Translations under genes and position numbers: made by a program
In this document: piece after piece, positions 28,201 to 41,036 of the stretch
Position numbering within the stretch: the first letter of the stretch is position 1
Layout of the letters: every line of letters begins with the position of its first letter
NCBI RefSeq assembly: GCF_003704095.1
Contig: NW_020843717.1
Coordinates: forward strand, 62,001 to 126,000
Length of the DNA stretch: 64,000 nt
Direction: 5' to 3'
Origin: Pocillopora damicornis
Taxonomy: Eukaryota
Notes under the pieces: model-generated
What the model was told of the DNA's origin: nothing
Databases searched by the model: none
Seen by the model: only the letters and a program-made list of their open reading frames with translations

Positions 28201-30827
28201 AAGTGTTTTAATGGTGCTTTGATTCATACTAATCTTAATCTTGAGATAGCAATTGCCAATCTCTTATAGTTAATTCTAGTTTACATGTGGTTAGCATGGA
28301 TCTGAGTTTTAAATATTGATCATGAAGTGTGACCATCTGGTTGAAGGTTAAAGAGGACTGTCACTGACAACATTCCTTCATTGGAATACCATCACCTGGA
28401 TGTTAACTCTATTGAACAAATCTAACTTTTGGATTAAAACCATTTACTATGAAAACATTTCTTTAATTTACAATTTTTCCCTTTCTCTAGATTCTGGGAA
28501 CTATTCATCAGCCTTGCGGTGTTATCTTGAAGCTGGTGCTGTGTCATCTCTTTTTTTTAATTCGCCAGTTCCATCATCTGTCTGGGATGATCAGGTAGAG
28601 ATTGGCATGTATAAAAAATAGCAGAACACATGTTGCTTCCTCTCTTCTCATTTCAAATACAGCTGTAACTGCTGGAATTTGGAACTGCTAGCTAGTATGT
28701 TGGTGATGATGATGATAATGATGATAAGGGTGGTGATTGTGATGATGACGATGATGATGATGATTATGGTGCCCACCTTTGCATCACCCCTTTCTGATAG
28801 ACAGAATATATTTTTGGCTCTAGTAGAGTGTAAACTTCAAACACGAGAGACAATTTTTGTGAAAATCACCTACAGTTGGCTCTATAGATCTAACTTTTGT
28901 ACCTCATCAGGGTTTGGACTCACTTTTTCAACTCCTCTGTTAACTTTGTTTGTTTTGCTAGGTTTACAGAAAAATGGTGACATGTTGTTCAGCAATGAAA
29001 GCTCATGTTCAGGTAAAGGATGAGGAGGTTCTTAGCTATTAAAGAGGTTAAACATTGTGAATGGCCATCCACTCTTGAGAGAATGTGTACATTACTGTAA
29101 ATGATAATTTTTGTTTTATTATTTTGTTCTTATTTAAAACAAAGAGTCACAGAAAAGTGAGCAAAATTACAATTTTTTTTTGACTCACATAGTCTTGAAT
29201 CTTTACCATGTACTTTTGTTGGAGGATGTTGAACTTTAACTTGATGAACAAGTCAGTTCCACTATTTCAAACAATGACCCGATGACTTAGTCATTTACAT
29301 AACTGTTACAGTAACTGGTACTGAACATAAATTAATTTGTTATGAAAACAGGCAGCATTACTCTGTCAGTGTATGGAGGTTAAAGATTATACAACAGCTT
29401 TTAAGGCTCTTCAGCAGGCCTGTTCATCAAGGTAATATATGACTTTGATGTCAGCTTCTGATACTGTGTTGCTATTTTATGGAGGGATGACTTTGTTCTT
29501 AATACACAATTGTCTTTGAGCCAATGGGCCACCAACAGAGTCCTCTTCATTTCCTGTAAGACTTAATGCAACCTCTTTTCATTTCATTCTGTTTTGTGCT
29601 GCTCATTGTGCCTCACCCCTGTGATTTTTTCCTCACTGAGCCCAGCTCGGACAAAAAGTGTTTTTTTGGCAAACCAACTTTCCTTTTACTAGGGGATGTC
29701 CAACTCAGGGCAACCTTAGGTATACAAGCCAGATCCATTTTCACCATGTGGCCCAGCTATCTGATTCATCTGCATTTAGGTGCACATGGTCATTGACACT
29801 TTGTACATATGACAGAATTGATGCCAACTCATTATGAAAGGTGAATTTTTCCCATCTGACCTTTCCTGCTTATGTCTGCCTTAATGTCTAATTTGAACAA
29901 TACTTTTATCTTGCCAGTTCTGATGCCATGGACTTCTACTACACTTTCTTCTGGGACATAACCATGTTAGAATATTTAACTTGTATCCTTCAAAGCAAAT
30001 TGAAAAAAGTGCTTAGCAGGCATTAAATTAAAAAAAACTAGAATGTATAAACAGTTAGATAAATAAAGTAAGAACTTAAGGAATAGAAATCGGTAGTGGC
30101 ACATCTGATGAGAGGTTCCTTGTCCACTGACTCTAGGTCACATAAAAATTGGGAATGCTGTCTTCTGAGGGAGAAATACTAGAGAAATTGAAGGATATTT
30201 CATGAAACAGAGACAAGAGCCAACTGACCTAACCAACAAGTGATGTGCTATATTTGCTCCTTTGAGAAAATTACATTTAGGTGATGTATAGTCATACAAT
30301 GAAAAAGTGTAGTGTGACAAAATGTGTAAGGCTTTGAGGTATGCAAGGAACATGTAGGCTTCAGAAGTTTCTGCTTTATATTGTTAGTTTGAGTATATAA
30401 TTTTTGAAAGTTCTTTAACTTGGATGAGACACCCATGCTAAGCGTGGACAACAGGACAAGAAATTGCTTACAGTGAGTTTCTATAGTGTAATATTTTCTT
30501 TTAAAGTTTTGAGGTTTCAGGAATTGCAATACTGTAGGGTGGAAATTGCATTGCAAATCTCACATGGAACCATCTTCTTTGTTCTCACCTCCCTGCATGC
30601 ATCTTGGCTATGTTTTATGTCAATTCAACCTGGCATGCAGTTCTGATAACCCTTAACTTAAAAATGATGCAAACCTTTACACTGAGATTCATTGCTTGAC
30701 TTTTTTCTAGATTCAAGCCATCAGTCAACCTGACTTGAACATGTTCAACACATCTGAACTTCTCCAACATACAGAACAAAGTAGAAAAGCCAAGTTGCTC
30801 AGAACTTTTGCTAAACAGTACCTCTAG
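14640..30827 (+). CDS. INTS8: Integrator complex subunit 8 (multi-exon, ~30 exons)
   Basis: N-terminus SWFEFLFD...PSATQLIVQFLE. C-terminal exons read VSWLQTLGDIYL-DSGNYSSALRCYLEAGAV, VYRKMVTCC, AALLCQC...DYTTAFKALQ, SDAMDFYYTFFWDITMLEYLT-YTHAKRGQQDKK and IQAISQPDLN...RKAKLLRTFAKQYL*, matching INTS8 as recalled. Confidence 0.9.
15240..15535. repeat. SINE-like repeat with internal ~80-bp duplication in INTS8 intron 2
   Basis: CTAG(T/C)TCATTGCA...TGTCAGGCTTC(C/A)CTGACAGTTTGCCAGCATGCATTT(A/G)TACTCCCA occurs at ~15305-15380 and ~15459-15534. Confidence 0.6.
17224..17468. mobile_element. MITE with degenerate TIRs in INTS8 intron
   Basis: GTTGTTCAAAG near 17235 pairs with CTTTGAACAAC(TGGGCCCAG) near 17449-17468. 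Confidence 0.5.
18808..19579 (-). mobile_element. 5'-truncated L1/Tx1-type non-LTR retrotransposon (ORF2 C-terminus, 3'UTR and tail)
   Basis: The minus frame gives ETKLKEFQFKLIHRKIVTKKELFRFGFKADNECVY..DSIQHSFIE...FTQKVLNWFN, a zf-RVT-like ORF2 end. It is followed by AATAAA and an (AAAAC)n tail, with a 13-bp TSD TTTTGGTTGAAAA at 18795-18807 and 19580-19592. Confidence 0.85.
20086..20262 (-). repeat. tRNA-derived SINE-like element (pseudo-tRNA)
   Basis: The minus strand has an A-box TAGCTCAGTTGGTAGAGC and a B-box GGTTCAAATCCC, followed by a CAGGCCTGAATTTTTTCAGGCCT hairpin. The cloverleaf is decayed. Confidence 0.75.
22185..22443. mobile_element. Penelope-like terminal hairpin insertion with a degenerate hammerhead-like core
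   Basis: ~70-bp inverted arms (22258-22329 vs 22373-22445), a CTGATGA...AAAAC core, and a 15-bp TSD TGTATGTGAGAATAG at 22170-22184 and 22444-22458. Confidence 0.65.
25078..25289. mobile_element. TTAA-flanked ~210-bp MITE, subfamily A
   Basis: TTAACCCTTTACACCCT...AGGGTCTAGGGGTTAA; the internal sequence is shared with copies near 33891, 47086, 48470, 54055, 58387 and 61449. Confidence 0.75.
25865..26076. mobile_element. TTAA-flanked ~210-bp MITE, subfamily B
   Basis: Perfect 18-nt inverted ends TTAACCCTTTCACTCCCA / TGGGAGTGAAAGGGTTAA; related copies lie near 44763, 55629 and 62668. Confidence 0.8.
28703..28768. repeat. Imperfect (GAT)n microsatellite in INTS8 intron
   Basis: Repeated GAT/GGT triplets. 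Confidence 0.85.
29983..30428 (+). other. U12-type GT-AG intron of INTS8
   Basis: 5' splice site GTATCCTT; branch point TTCTTTAAC at 30411-30419, 9 nt before the intron end; no polypyrimidine tract. Splicing here restores the frame (EYLT-Y-THAKRG). Confidence 0.85.
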
Positions 30828-32897
30828 CATGAATTAATACTGTCCATAATTTCTCATGACATCAGTAAATTGTGTGTTGTGTAAATAAAAGCCAACTGGA
30901 AAACCTTAGATGTGTATGTGCAGTTGATTTTGTTGTTGGAAAAATTGTTTTGCATCCAAAATGGCATGTTGTGATAACTTCAGAGTCTACACCTCTCAGC
31001 TGGCTTTGACTTCTTGCACATGAAGTGCCTTTGAATTTCTTCCCCGACTCTCATATTCTCAAGACATGATAATCACAGTTTTCACTGTGTTCTCTAATGA
31101 GGAACTCACTTCTCTGTAGGAGAGTATTTTCATTTAATGAGAGGACTGACGGATATATTTGCTCCAAGGGTACCTAAGGTGCGGGTAAACGTCCTCTTTT
31201 TCAAGGTTCAGATGCAAACAAGTTCTTAAAGATTGTAACTTTTGGGATAAAAATCCTTCTGCATAGGTCCAAAGGCATGGAATAAACAAAACAAGTTCTC
31301 TCAATAGTAAATGAATGTAAATTATTTGTCTTTCTGTTTGTGCATATTGTGTGGCAAAACTAAGAAACAGTCAAAGAAGACTAGCAAAAAGGCAGAGGAA
31401 AATAACTCAAAGGTTGTAATCCACATTTCAAAATATTTATTTACCCTGCCACCTGCATTTTCAACATTAAATAATGCATCTACTAATTCTCTAGTGAGGT
31501 GACTAATCATGTATTCCACTGTCATCAGTGAATCATTAATTCCCCTGAGGTGAATAAAAAGAATGCCTCATCAGTATGACTGATGCAAGATATGTGTTGT
31601 CAGTGAAAATGTAATCTTTGCAGACTTATGTTGTCACTCAAGACAGAGTGAAATGAAAGCCTGAAAGCAAAAGTCAGGTTTTTTTTCAAAGCTTAGAAAT
31701 GCACTAAGCCTGTGGATCGTTATCATCAACAGGTCCAATATGAAATATTTTATATATTAATTGCTACGTGCACATTTTTTGTCACAGACAATAAATATTG
31801 TTAAACATTATATTACATCTTAATAATTTTAAATATTATCAAGCCATTGCCAATCCTGGGAAATATACTGCCAAAACTGAAATGCTATGTGAAAGTAAAG
31901 TAAGCTCTGACATTTTAAAGAAATTGCATCATGATCTGCGATCACTAAAAAGATGAAAGATCCTGTATTCTTGGCCAACAATACAGGTCACCTTTAACAA
32001 AAACTGTACACACTCAAGTTGCCTTCCCTTTTTTGTAAGATCTAGATCTGAAAAAGAATTTCAGAAGAACATAAATCCTGTAATTTGTATCTGTGATAAT
32101 TACTTACACTACAAATGATTCACTAATTACTTATTACTGTTTTTTTTCAATAAGTCATTAACAGTACATATCAATTGCCAGAGGTCTTGCCATGCTACTA
32201 CGTTGACTGCAGCAAACAAGACAATTTGTGTGAAGTGCTTTAGAACTGCAGACTTTGCATGTTACTGAAAAGAGAAATTACGCTACATTTTACAATTAAT
32301 GCTTTGAACCCAGGAGTAACATTTGAATGTGTGGTCTGATCTTCTGGGCAATGATAGTCTTAAGAAGGACTATTGTCAGATTTAGTGACTGACATTTGTT
32401 GAATAAAAGCTGGTTACTTAAACAAAGTTAAGAACCGTTGTTTAACAAAACTGAGTTATTAGACCGAACCTTTTATCTGAGCATGTATTTTTGTGAATGG
32501 TGTCAAGACTGAAGGCTACAAGTGGAACAACATTTATTTAATAATTAACTCAGCCCTCTTATAGAGAATCCCTTAGGCCCACTGCTTACATAAAAACCAT
32601 GGTATGGGTTGGACCTCATATGAATAACCAGCCCAATAGTCCTGAATAAATCATTTGCATTGTGCAGGTAGTTGTCAACATCTGTTGAGTGGCTGGTGTG
32701 TCAACTTAAAACAAAACCCCCTTAACAGATGTCAACAACATTCAATTGAAAACATCTCCCTTCTTGACTCTGATAATGACTTCTGATACAGAAGTTGAAA
32801 CATCAGCCACTTCTAATGACAACAGTCCTTCTCAGAACTTCTTTCACCCAGACAATCAGACTACACAATCTAAGCAACACTTTGAACATTATGTGGA

Positions 32898-35336
32898 TCA
32901 CTTGACTTTTTCGAATCTTTTAACAGCAAGTTCTCGCAGTGTTAAAGTATCTTCAACCTCCACTCCATTCATTATTTGAACTTCACTTAATTGTCTCTCT
33001 ATGGTTTTTGTGTTCATGTCCAACTTCCTTCCTAATTTTGCCACTGTGTCCAGCAAGGGGATCATGTAAGGGCTTAGATAATCATCATGGTTCAAGTCTA
33101 GTGCTGCTTTTGCATAGCGTTCAGCATCTTTCAGTTTACCTAGAGCCTCAAGTACAGCAACAATTGCCCCAAAAGTAGCAACAGTCTCTCCCACTTTATC
33201 ACACAGCTTAACTTGAAGATGAACACTGTTTAACAGCAACTCAAGGCAATTTTCAAATTCACCTGCCTTAAGACTGTCTGTTGCCTCTCTCAATCCTGGC
33301 AGGTAAAAGAATTCTTTGAAAGCTTGTTGTTGCCGTACTTCCTTGTGTTTGAAAATAATCTGTAGGAAATCTTGAAGAGCCATGCGCCTGGATTCAATTA
33401 ATTCAGGGTTGAGATTATTCTTTTGTCCCATCACTTTTCCAGGAAAATTGACACCAATGTCTTTGAACAGAGAGGAGAGGTCTTTCCTGAGTGTTTTGTA
33501 AAGAGTAGCAAAGTCAGAGTATCGTCTTTCTACCATGACTTTGTCTCTGTCTATGCCCAAATCCTGTCTCAAAACCATCACACAATAAATCTGCAGGGGG
33601 AATTCAATATATGTTAAGAGGCTTGGACAATTGTAAATTTTAATTTTTGTTTCAGTAATTTGGATATTTTCTTAAATTTCCCTATACAAAACAGTTCTCT
33701 GTATCCTTCCAAGTACTCAAATTCTGCCCAAAACTTGAGGCCCTGTTCAGCTGGTAGGTATTATGAGAATATAAAGAAAATCACTACATCAGATCAGTAC
33801 TCGCCCTGATGTAATACCACATTCTAAGGAATAAAGAACCAAAAAATCAGCAATTGCCAGTTGTGAGAATACACAATGAGATCTTAAAAGTTAACCCCTT
33901 TAACCCCTAAGCATGATAAGTATCGAATTTCTTACAACAGTTTCAGCCCTGAATCACACATTAAGGTCACAAGAATAAAGGAAATGATTGCAAAGTCAAG
34001 AAGCTCTTGATTATTACAAAAATTTTCCTTGTAAGTACCACAAGAGATATATAGAGAACAGTAAGGAGACCTTGCAAACTGACTTTGGGGTGTAGAGCAT
34101 TACAGAGTAACGGGTATGACCTCAAAGTGATTACATACTATATTTATTGTTCAAAGCCAATCATTTTTCACAAAGTGCCTGCTATGTTTTAATAAAATAC
34201 TTTTCCTCATTTACTTTTCCACAAAAAAAAAATAAAACAAACAAACAACAACAGTAAATCAAAATAATCCTTACCACATGCTTGTTTTCATCATGTATCC
34301 TGGTGTTAACTATCTGAAATGTTGTATTTTGTGGATCGCTCTCAACCAATATTCCATGATCTCCACAAGTGCTATCTGGAACATCAAGATCATCAACTTC
34401 CTCTGGGTCTGAGTCAACATAAACAATACCCTTTGCTAAAGAAAAAAAGAAACAAGCGAACTTAAAAAAAGGAAATATTCTTTAATGAAGTTTTCTAAGT
34501 AGTTCCTAAATGCTGCATTTTTATAATGCAAGGTAAAAATGAAATCAGTTGACGATAAAACGAACTTTGGTTTCCGCACAGCCCCATACTACATTATGCA
34601 TTCAGTTCTTGGATAGAGAAAACAATGACAAAAACAATACATCGCCATTGGGAAAACAGATTTGTTTTACAATAGTATGGGGCTGTGCGAAAATTTTACC
34701 CGAACTTTGACTAAATTGCAGCGTCGGAAAATGAAATATCAAAACAGGCAGCAGCATCTGACTGTCATCTCACAATAAAATCAATATGTTCTTTAAGAAA
34801 AATTTTAATTTTAAGTAATCTTTTTCTCGAATTCATCGAATAAGAAATGTTCTAGCATAGCTGGAGACACAGCGGCGATATAAAAAGCGGCATCTTTCAG
34901 TTTCATTCATGTCTTCCAAGTCAAGCATCAGAAAAGAGACTAACCGATTTTAAAGGACACTCACTGTAATAAATAACACATCAACATAACCATTGTCTAG
35001 GCAATTAGTGACAGCTGTCTTCGTCTGGTTCAGCAAAAACACTAACTTGCTGAGACCATACCCCAGCATTTTAAAATCACTCTTCTTTTGGTTTCATCGG
35101 GTTCGAAATTGGTGTAAAACTTTGGTGATAACAACTCCTGAGATCAAGAATAAATTGGTAGCAATTTCAAAGCACCTGATTTGTAATTTCTACTCAAATC
35201 CCTCACCTGCAAGGTTGGACATAGAACCAACTGGATAATTAAAGAGCCTTCCATTGAAAGAAAGGCTGTCTGGTGACGAATGCCCTGGGTCATCTGAGCT
35301 AATTTCTGTCTCGTCAAAATACCAAGACGAACCCAT
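32898..35336 (-). CDS. Sorting nexin 20/21-like (PX plus PXB/TPR-like) paralog 1; exons 35336-35207, 34435-34275, 33590-32898
   Basis: PX motifs ERRYSDFATLY, FPGK and IESRRMALQDFL, followed by a helical PXB-like region ending TLRELAV; acidic N-terminus with SLSFNGRL. Confidence 0.85.
33891..34100. mobile_element. TTAA MITE subfamily A copy (degenerate right end)
   Basis: TTAACCCCTTTAACCCCTAAG...AAGGTCACAAGAATAAAGGAAATGAT... Confidence 0.6.
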
Positions 35337-37552
35337 TACATCGCACTTCTCTAGGAAATTACATCGAGTCGGTAAAAATAACGCGTGGCTATCGCACAAG
35401 TTTATTCAAATAATTAGTTGATACGAATAGACTTATGGGACAGGTTCCCAAACTCACTTTGATTGGACAGGACACGAGATCGCGACGTCCTAATTAAAAT
35501 CTTAGGATGAGAGGACTTGAAAATAACCTTGGAACCAATAATGTAAATTATTTGATTTTAACTTTCTATGACAGGATCAATGACGATCCAGCGCGAAGGG
35601 AAAATAATCCCTTTTGTTACTTAAGCTGCTGTTTAGTCTTGTCACGAAATACGTTATTTCCCCCATCGGAGATAAAGCGCGTTGCGTGACAGGACTGAAC
35701 GATCAGTGGAAGGAAACAAGAGACAGAGGACTTTCGGAAGATAACCACAGGGGCACGGAAGACAGCACTCGGCTTGACAACTAAATACTTATAGATCCAG
35801 TATTTTCTTAACCGAGATAATCCGAGATATAGTATTATTGGTGCATTTACCATAAATTAATATTTGTCAGAATTAGTCAGCGAGACCATTTCTAAAAGAG
35901 ATGTTACTTATAAATTCAACCTGTCAAATTCCTTTAAAAATGAATGGAAATTATTTTTTAATATTTGGGCGACTCAGTCCTGACTACTGATGACCACTGT
36001 GGTGAGGGGGGGAGGGGGAGTGGGAGGTGGTGGTAACCAAAATCACGTTTTTCAGTCCTAACATTGTTGGTGATACATGTTGACAACTATACTACCAATG
36101 CCCCTGTGCAGGCACATGTTTGGTGCAAACTTTGCAACCACTTGCTGCAACCATAAAATAAAATTTCAACCAGCAGGTTGAAAGGCAATAGAGTGGAGTA
36201 AGAAAAAGAACTGTAATGGAAATTTTTTTTGCCCAGTAACAAAAGAAAGTAGCATTGGCCAGGTTTGCAACTGGGACTTTTGATTCAGAATCCAAATACA
36301 CCATCTATATTGGGCAGCTGTGCCTCCTTGATGGAAAGTGAGAAGAGCTTAAAAAAATGGCACATAAGTTGGGTTTTTCTGACTGATCTACTCATTTATT
36401 TAGAAAAATAAAGTTTTATTTCTTTATCACCATTTATATATTAATCTAAATGGGATAAATAATAGGAAATAAAACTAATAACTATAAGGAGTACTATTTA
36501 TGTACAGTTAACAAAATACATGTAATTTTATACACTAATTACAAAGGTTTGCTAGTGAAACAACAACTTATCTACCCAAAGAACAGATGTCATGTCACAT
36601 TCTGAAACATGCCAAGAGTCAGAGTATTTAAATAAAATTTGGTGTTGACAGTTGTGCAAGCTTAGTAATATATAAAAAAATTCAGAAATGACATACAAAC
36701 TGAGAACATTACTTTACTTACAATTCTTGAATAGCACATCTGTTATGGGTTGGAAAGCATAGTTATTTCAACTTTGAATTTTATTTACCTCCCAAAAGAG
36801 CCTGCTAATGAGACACATCATATTTTTTCTTACAGTTCTACCATGCCTATACATTAATCAAAATTAATTGGCTGCATTTGCTTCATCTTCTCTAGAAAAT
36901 TTAGTTTAGGTTTTAGCTTAGTACTGTTTTATTTATTTATTATTTTAGGTTTAAGCTTAGTACTGTGCCTGGCTTTAAAACATTGCCTGATCATTTGCAC
37001 TCTGTAATAACTAACTTAAAGGCATTTCATGACTTAATTAAATGTTTTAAGTTGGGATGCCACTGAATTATCTCCTATAATTTTGCCGAGAAATTTGATT
37101 TTCGAAAGATTCTTAGATTGCTCCTAATGACTAACCTTCAACACATGCTATGATTGAGGATGTCATCTAAATTTCATCTATTTATAAAAACATGATTTTA
37201 AGAAAAATGGATAAGTTGTTCTGTTACAAATTCATAGAAACAGGAAGGACATTAAAAGACAGGAATGCAGGAAATGTTTCTCAATTTCTCATACGTCAAC
37301 AATGTCAGAGGTTTTTCAATTCAGTTATGTGTAGTCTAACTTGTGAATTCCACATTCCCTTACTGATGAACTTGACTGCATGCCTTCACAACTTTGCTCA
37401 TTAATAAACGACAGAATGTTCAAATCTGAAAAAAAAGAACAAACTTATCCTGACAATGATTGGAAACAAGCACCCTGGGGACTAATTCATGTGGAATGCC
37501 CTCTTCCTGTCCATGTACTACAATTTGAAACTCTCCTTCAAATAGAAACATT

Positions 37553-40012
37553 TCACATGCTAAACCTTGTAACAGCAAGCTCTCGCAAAGTGAAAGCACA
37601 ATCGACATCAATCCCACTTGTTCTTTGAACGTGTGCCAAATGTCTCTCTATTGTGCTCTTGTCTTTTTTTAGTTTCCATCTAAGTCTGGCTGTTGTATCC
37701 AAAAGTGGAATGAGATAAGAACAGTAATGATCTTCATCAATTAATTCAAGAGCAGCTGTTGCATAACGATCAGCTTCTTCAAATTTACTTTGAGCCTCAT
37801 GTATGACAACAATTGCTGCCAAAGTAGCAATGATCTCTCTCACTTGATCACACAACTTGACTTGAAGATGCAGACTGTTCAGCAAAAGCTTTAGACTATG
37901 CTTCAATTCACCACCTTTCAAGTGTTCTGTCGCCTCGCAGAGTTCTGGCAAATAGAAAAATTTCCTATAAGCTGGATGATGAAGGACCTCCTTATGAGTG
38001 TGTACCTTTTGAAGGAAAGACTCAAAAGCACAGCGTCTGGCCTCTATAACTTCAGGGTTCAAATTACTTTTCTGACCAAAAACTTTTCCAGGAAAGTTTA
38101 CACCTTCAAGTAATTTGGAATGGTCTTTCTTGAGAGCTTTATAAAGAGCTGCAAAGTCTGAGTAACGTCGGTCTATTAAAGCTTTGTCTGTGTCAACACC
38201 TTCAGTTTTGAGGACCATGAGGGTGTAAAACTAAAAAAAAAATAAATAAATACAGTAAAAAATCAGAAGACTAATTTCTTGAACTTATGCATTTATCGCT
38301 TATAGAAAAAATGCATATGTAACTGAATACACAAACACAAAAACAACAGCAATTTTACTTGTATGTAAGATGCAAAAATAGTTAGTGGATTGAATATACT
38401 GTACAGGACCTACAACAGCATCGAAAAGCATTCAAGAAGTGGCATTTATACAGAGCAAAGCTGTAATAAACCTACAGAAATTCAAAATTAATAACTCTAT
38501 TCAATTTACTGACCACATGCTGCTTCCGTTGATTTTCATTTATCCTGGTTGAAATGATGTCAAACTTGATATTTTGTGGATCTGTATTAACTGACATTCC
38601 GTAACCTCTACAAATACTATCATCAATATGATCATCCCCATCACAATCAGTACTCTTATCTTCTGGCACAAACACAATGCCTCTCCCTAATAAACAATCA
38701 AACACATCTGAAAAAACGATGACCAGTTGACAAACTGACAAACTTTGGTTCAAGGGGTAAATGGGAACTGATATTTAGCAAAGGGGGGGGGGGGGAAAGG
38801 GGTGCAAAATGGAAGATTGAGAGTTGTAGCAGAGGCTCCCTACCATCCCCTCCCCCTCCCCCATCCCTACCCATTCATCTTTCTCACTCTTTCTCCACCT
38901 GCACCCTCTTTCCCCTGGAGAGCTTGTTCCCAAGCTCAAAAGTGAACTGCAAAAGATCAAATCCAATGGTGCAAGAGGCAGTGCGCAATAATGCACTTAA
39001 TGTGGAACAAAGAAATTAGAGTGACAAGTCGAAAAAATATTGGGGAAGAATAAAAAAAATATATTGGTCACCAAGAACCAAACATAAATGCAAAGTTCCA
39101 CAACTTAGAAAAAAAAAAGCCATAATTTAATAAACACTGATACAGAAGTATTTATGGAAGCAGCTGTCCTTGAAGGGATTAGTTTGTGGTGTGTTCATCA
39201 TAAATGTGACATTGGTGGATCAAGTTTATAAGTACTTGTCAAACAGCACATGTTACAATAAAATTCCTTGACATGCAAGAAGAAAATTGCCCAATCGATA
39301 GCGAGAAAACACATGAGTTCTGTTAGATGTGTGGGGGGGGGGAGCAAAACATTTACCAGAGAAAAATAATTTGAGTATAAATGAGAGGGTGGTGAGATAA
39401 CGAGGCAAAAAGGTCATCTGAGACGTGTTCACTCCCTCACGGAGGTTCTCTATCAAACTTTCTGGCGTGCTTAACATAAACGAGTTGATCTCGTGCTAAG
39501 AACGCACCAACATATTCTTTGAATCATATCGAGAAAGATGGTACGTGTGTTTTATTTAAGGATCTTTAACGATTTGGGGATTAGTTCAATATAGACCACC
39601 CGATATGTTACCAAGGGGTAAAGGTATGTGACAACAGGAAAGACTTTACGCAGTTGAAAGTTTCTTCTTTCCGCTTTGACTGATGCTAGTGAAGACATTA
39701 ACCGATGCAACTGTTGAAAATTATATTTTAACAACAAGATTTGATTTAAATTTAAAGTGTGTCCGACGAAGAAAGTTGTAATTATCAGCGAAAAAACATG
39801 ATCGTTGTACGTATACAATATAAACATTGGGCACAAATTAATAGTTTACCTCCCGTTTCGAGCACTGGGAAAACATTAGGACTGCCTGATATGACGAGTC
39901 GCCCGTTGAAAGACATTGTTCCTGTTGGGAAATCATCGTCCTCTAAATCAAAATCGTCTGCATCACTATTGAAAGTCTCAAAGAAACCAGAGGACTCCAG
40001 AGATGACTGCAT
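37553..40012 (-). CDS. Sorting nexin 20/21-like paralog 2; exons 40012-39850, 38686-38514, 38230-37553
   Basis: DRRYSDFAALY, FPGK, IEARRCAFESFL and TLRELAV; N-terminal TMSFNGRL; same 3-exon structure as paralog 1. Confidence 0.85.
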
Positions 40013-40133
40013 GTTGGCTGTAGACAGACAGACCGACACAGACACGCCGCGCGTCGAAGTATTCCGTGGGATAAAAGCGGTATGCAAAGGCTGTTGGGAA
40101 GACTTAATTTCGGATAGGCGTGGGCTCAGCCGG

Positions 40134-41036
40134 GGTTGTGCCTAAATCCTACCGGCCACCGGCTAGAGGTACGCTCGCGCTCGAGGAGCACTAGTGACGG
40201 GTTTCCGAGTCGGATGGTTATCGGAAATTGTCGGCTATTGGAATATAGCGGACTATTCCAGTAACCACCGTTTGCGATTTACCAAAAGTCAAGCGACGTG
40301 ATTGAACCAGACATGGACATTATAACATGCTTTACATGTGAAGAATACATTGTTGAGTTTAAATCAAGGAGATTTCGCTAAATTTTGTATGGCTGTTTCC
40401 TTCACCCACGTCGAACTTAAGTTTCTTGTTCAGAAGAGTTTTAGCTAAACACTGCAGCCGCTAAGACCTACGCTTGCCAAAGTAAAAAAAACTTATGAAG
40501 AGTATCGCCACTTCAATGCCCTTGTCATGATGCTATTGGTTAGAAAGATCCCCAAGATGAAACTTCTATTGTCTTGTCTTTTGTTGTTGTACCTCTAGCC
40601 GGTAGGATCTCAGGAGGCTTAGAAAATGCTACCGGCTAGAGGTACAGCTTGCATATTTAGTCGACTTTGCCCAATTGTTACCACGGTTTGCTTCACATTT
40701 TACTTTTTCTGCTCTCCCAATTAGTCTTAGGTCTTAGCGGCTACAGCGTTAAGCTTAAACTCTTCTAAACAAGAAACTAAAGATCAACGAGGGTGTAGGA
40801 AACAGCCATACAAGATTTAGCAAAATCTCCTTGATTTAAACTCAACAATGTATTCTTCACATATAAAGCATGTTATAACATTCACGTCTGGTTCAATCAC
40901 GTCGCTTTATTGTTGGTATTTACTGGAATAGTCCGCCATATTGCAATTGTCGACAATTTCCGATAAACATCCGATTCGGCAACTCGTCACACTGCTCCTC
41001 GAACGTACCTCTAGCCGGTAGGATTTAGGCACGACC
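40134..41036. mobile_element. Non-autonomous Mutator/foldback-like element, 903 bp, with ~310-340-bp TIRs and a 9-bp TSD
   Basis: Termini GGTTGTGCCTAAATCCTACCGG / CCGGTAGGATTTAGGCACGACC. Arms ~40134-40470 and ~40728-41036 are reverse complements. CTCAGCCGG is duplicated at 40125-40133 and 41037-41045. Confidence 0.85.

Noticed and set aside
28679-29023. Met-rich hydrophobic ORF resembling a signal/TM protein
   Set aside because: It is the translation of an intronic (GAT)n microsatellite.
30650-30657. CCCTTAAC as a second U12 branch point in INTS8
   Set aside because: That intron has an ordinary GTGAGT donor and a pyrimidine-rich acceptor ~50 nt downstream, so it is U2-type.
39759-40145. 128-aa plus-strand ORF
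   Set aside because: Antisense shadow of SNX paralog 2 exon 1 with no recognisable domain.
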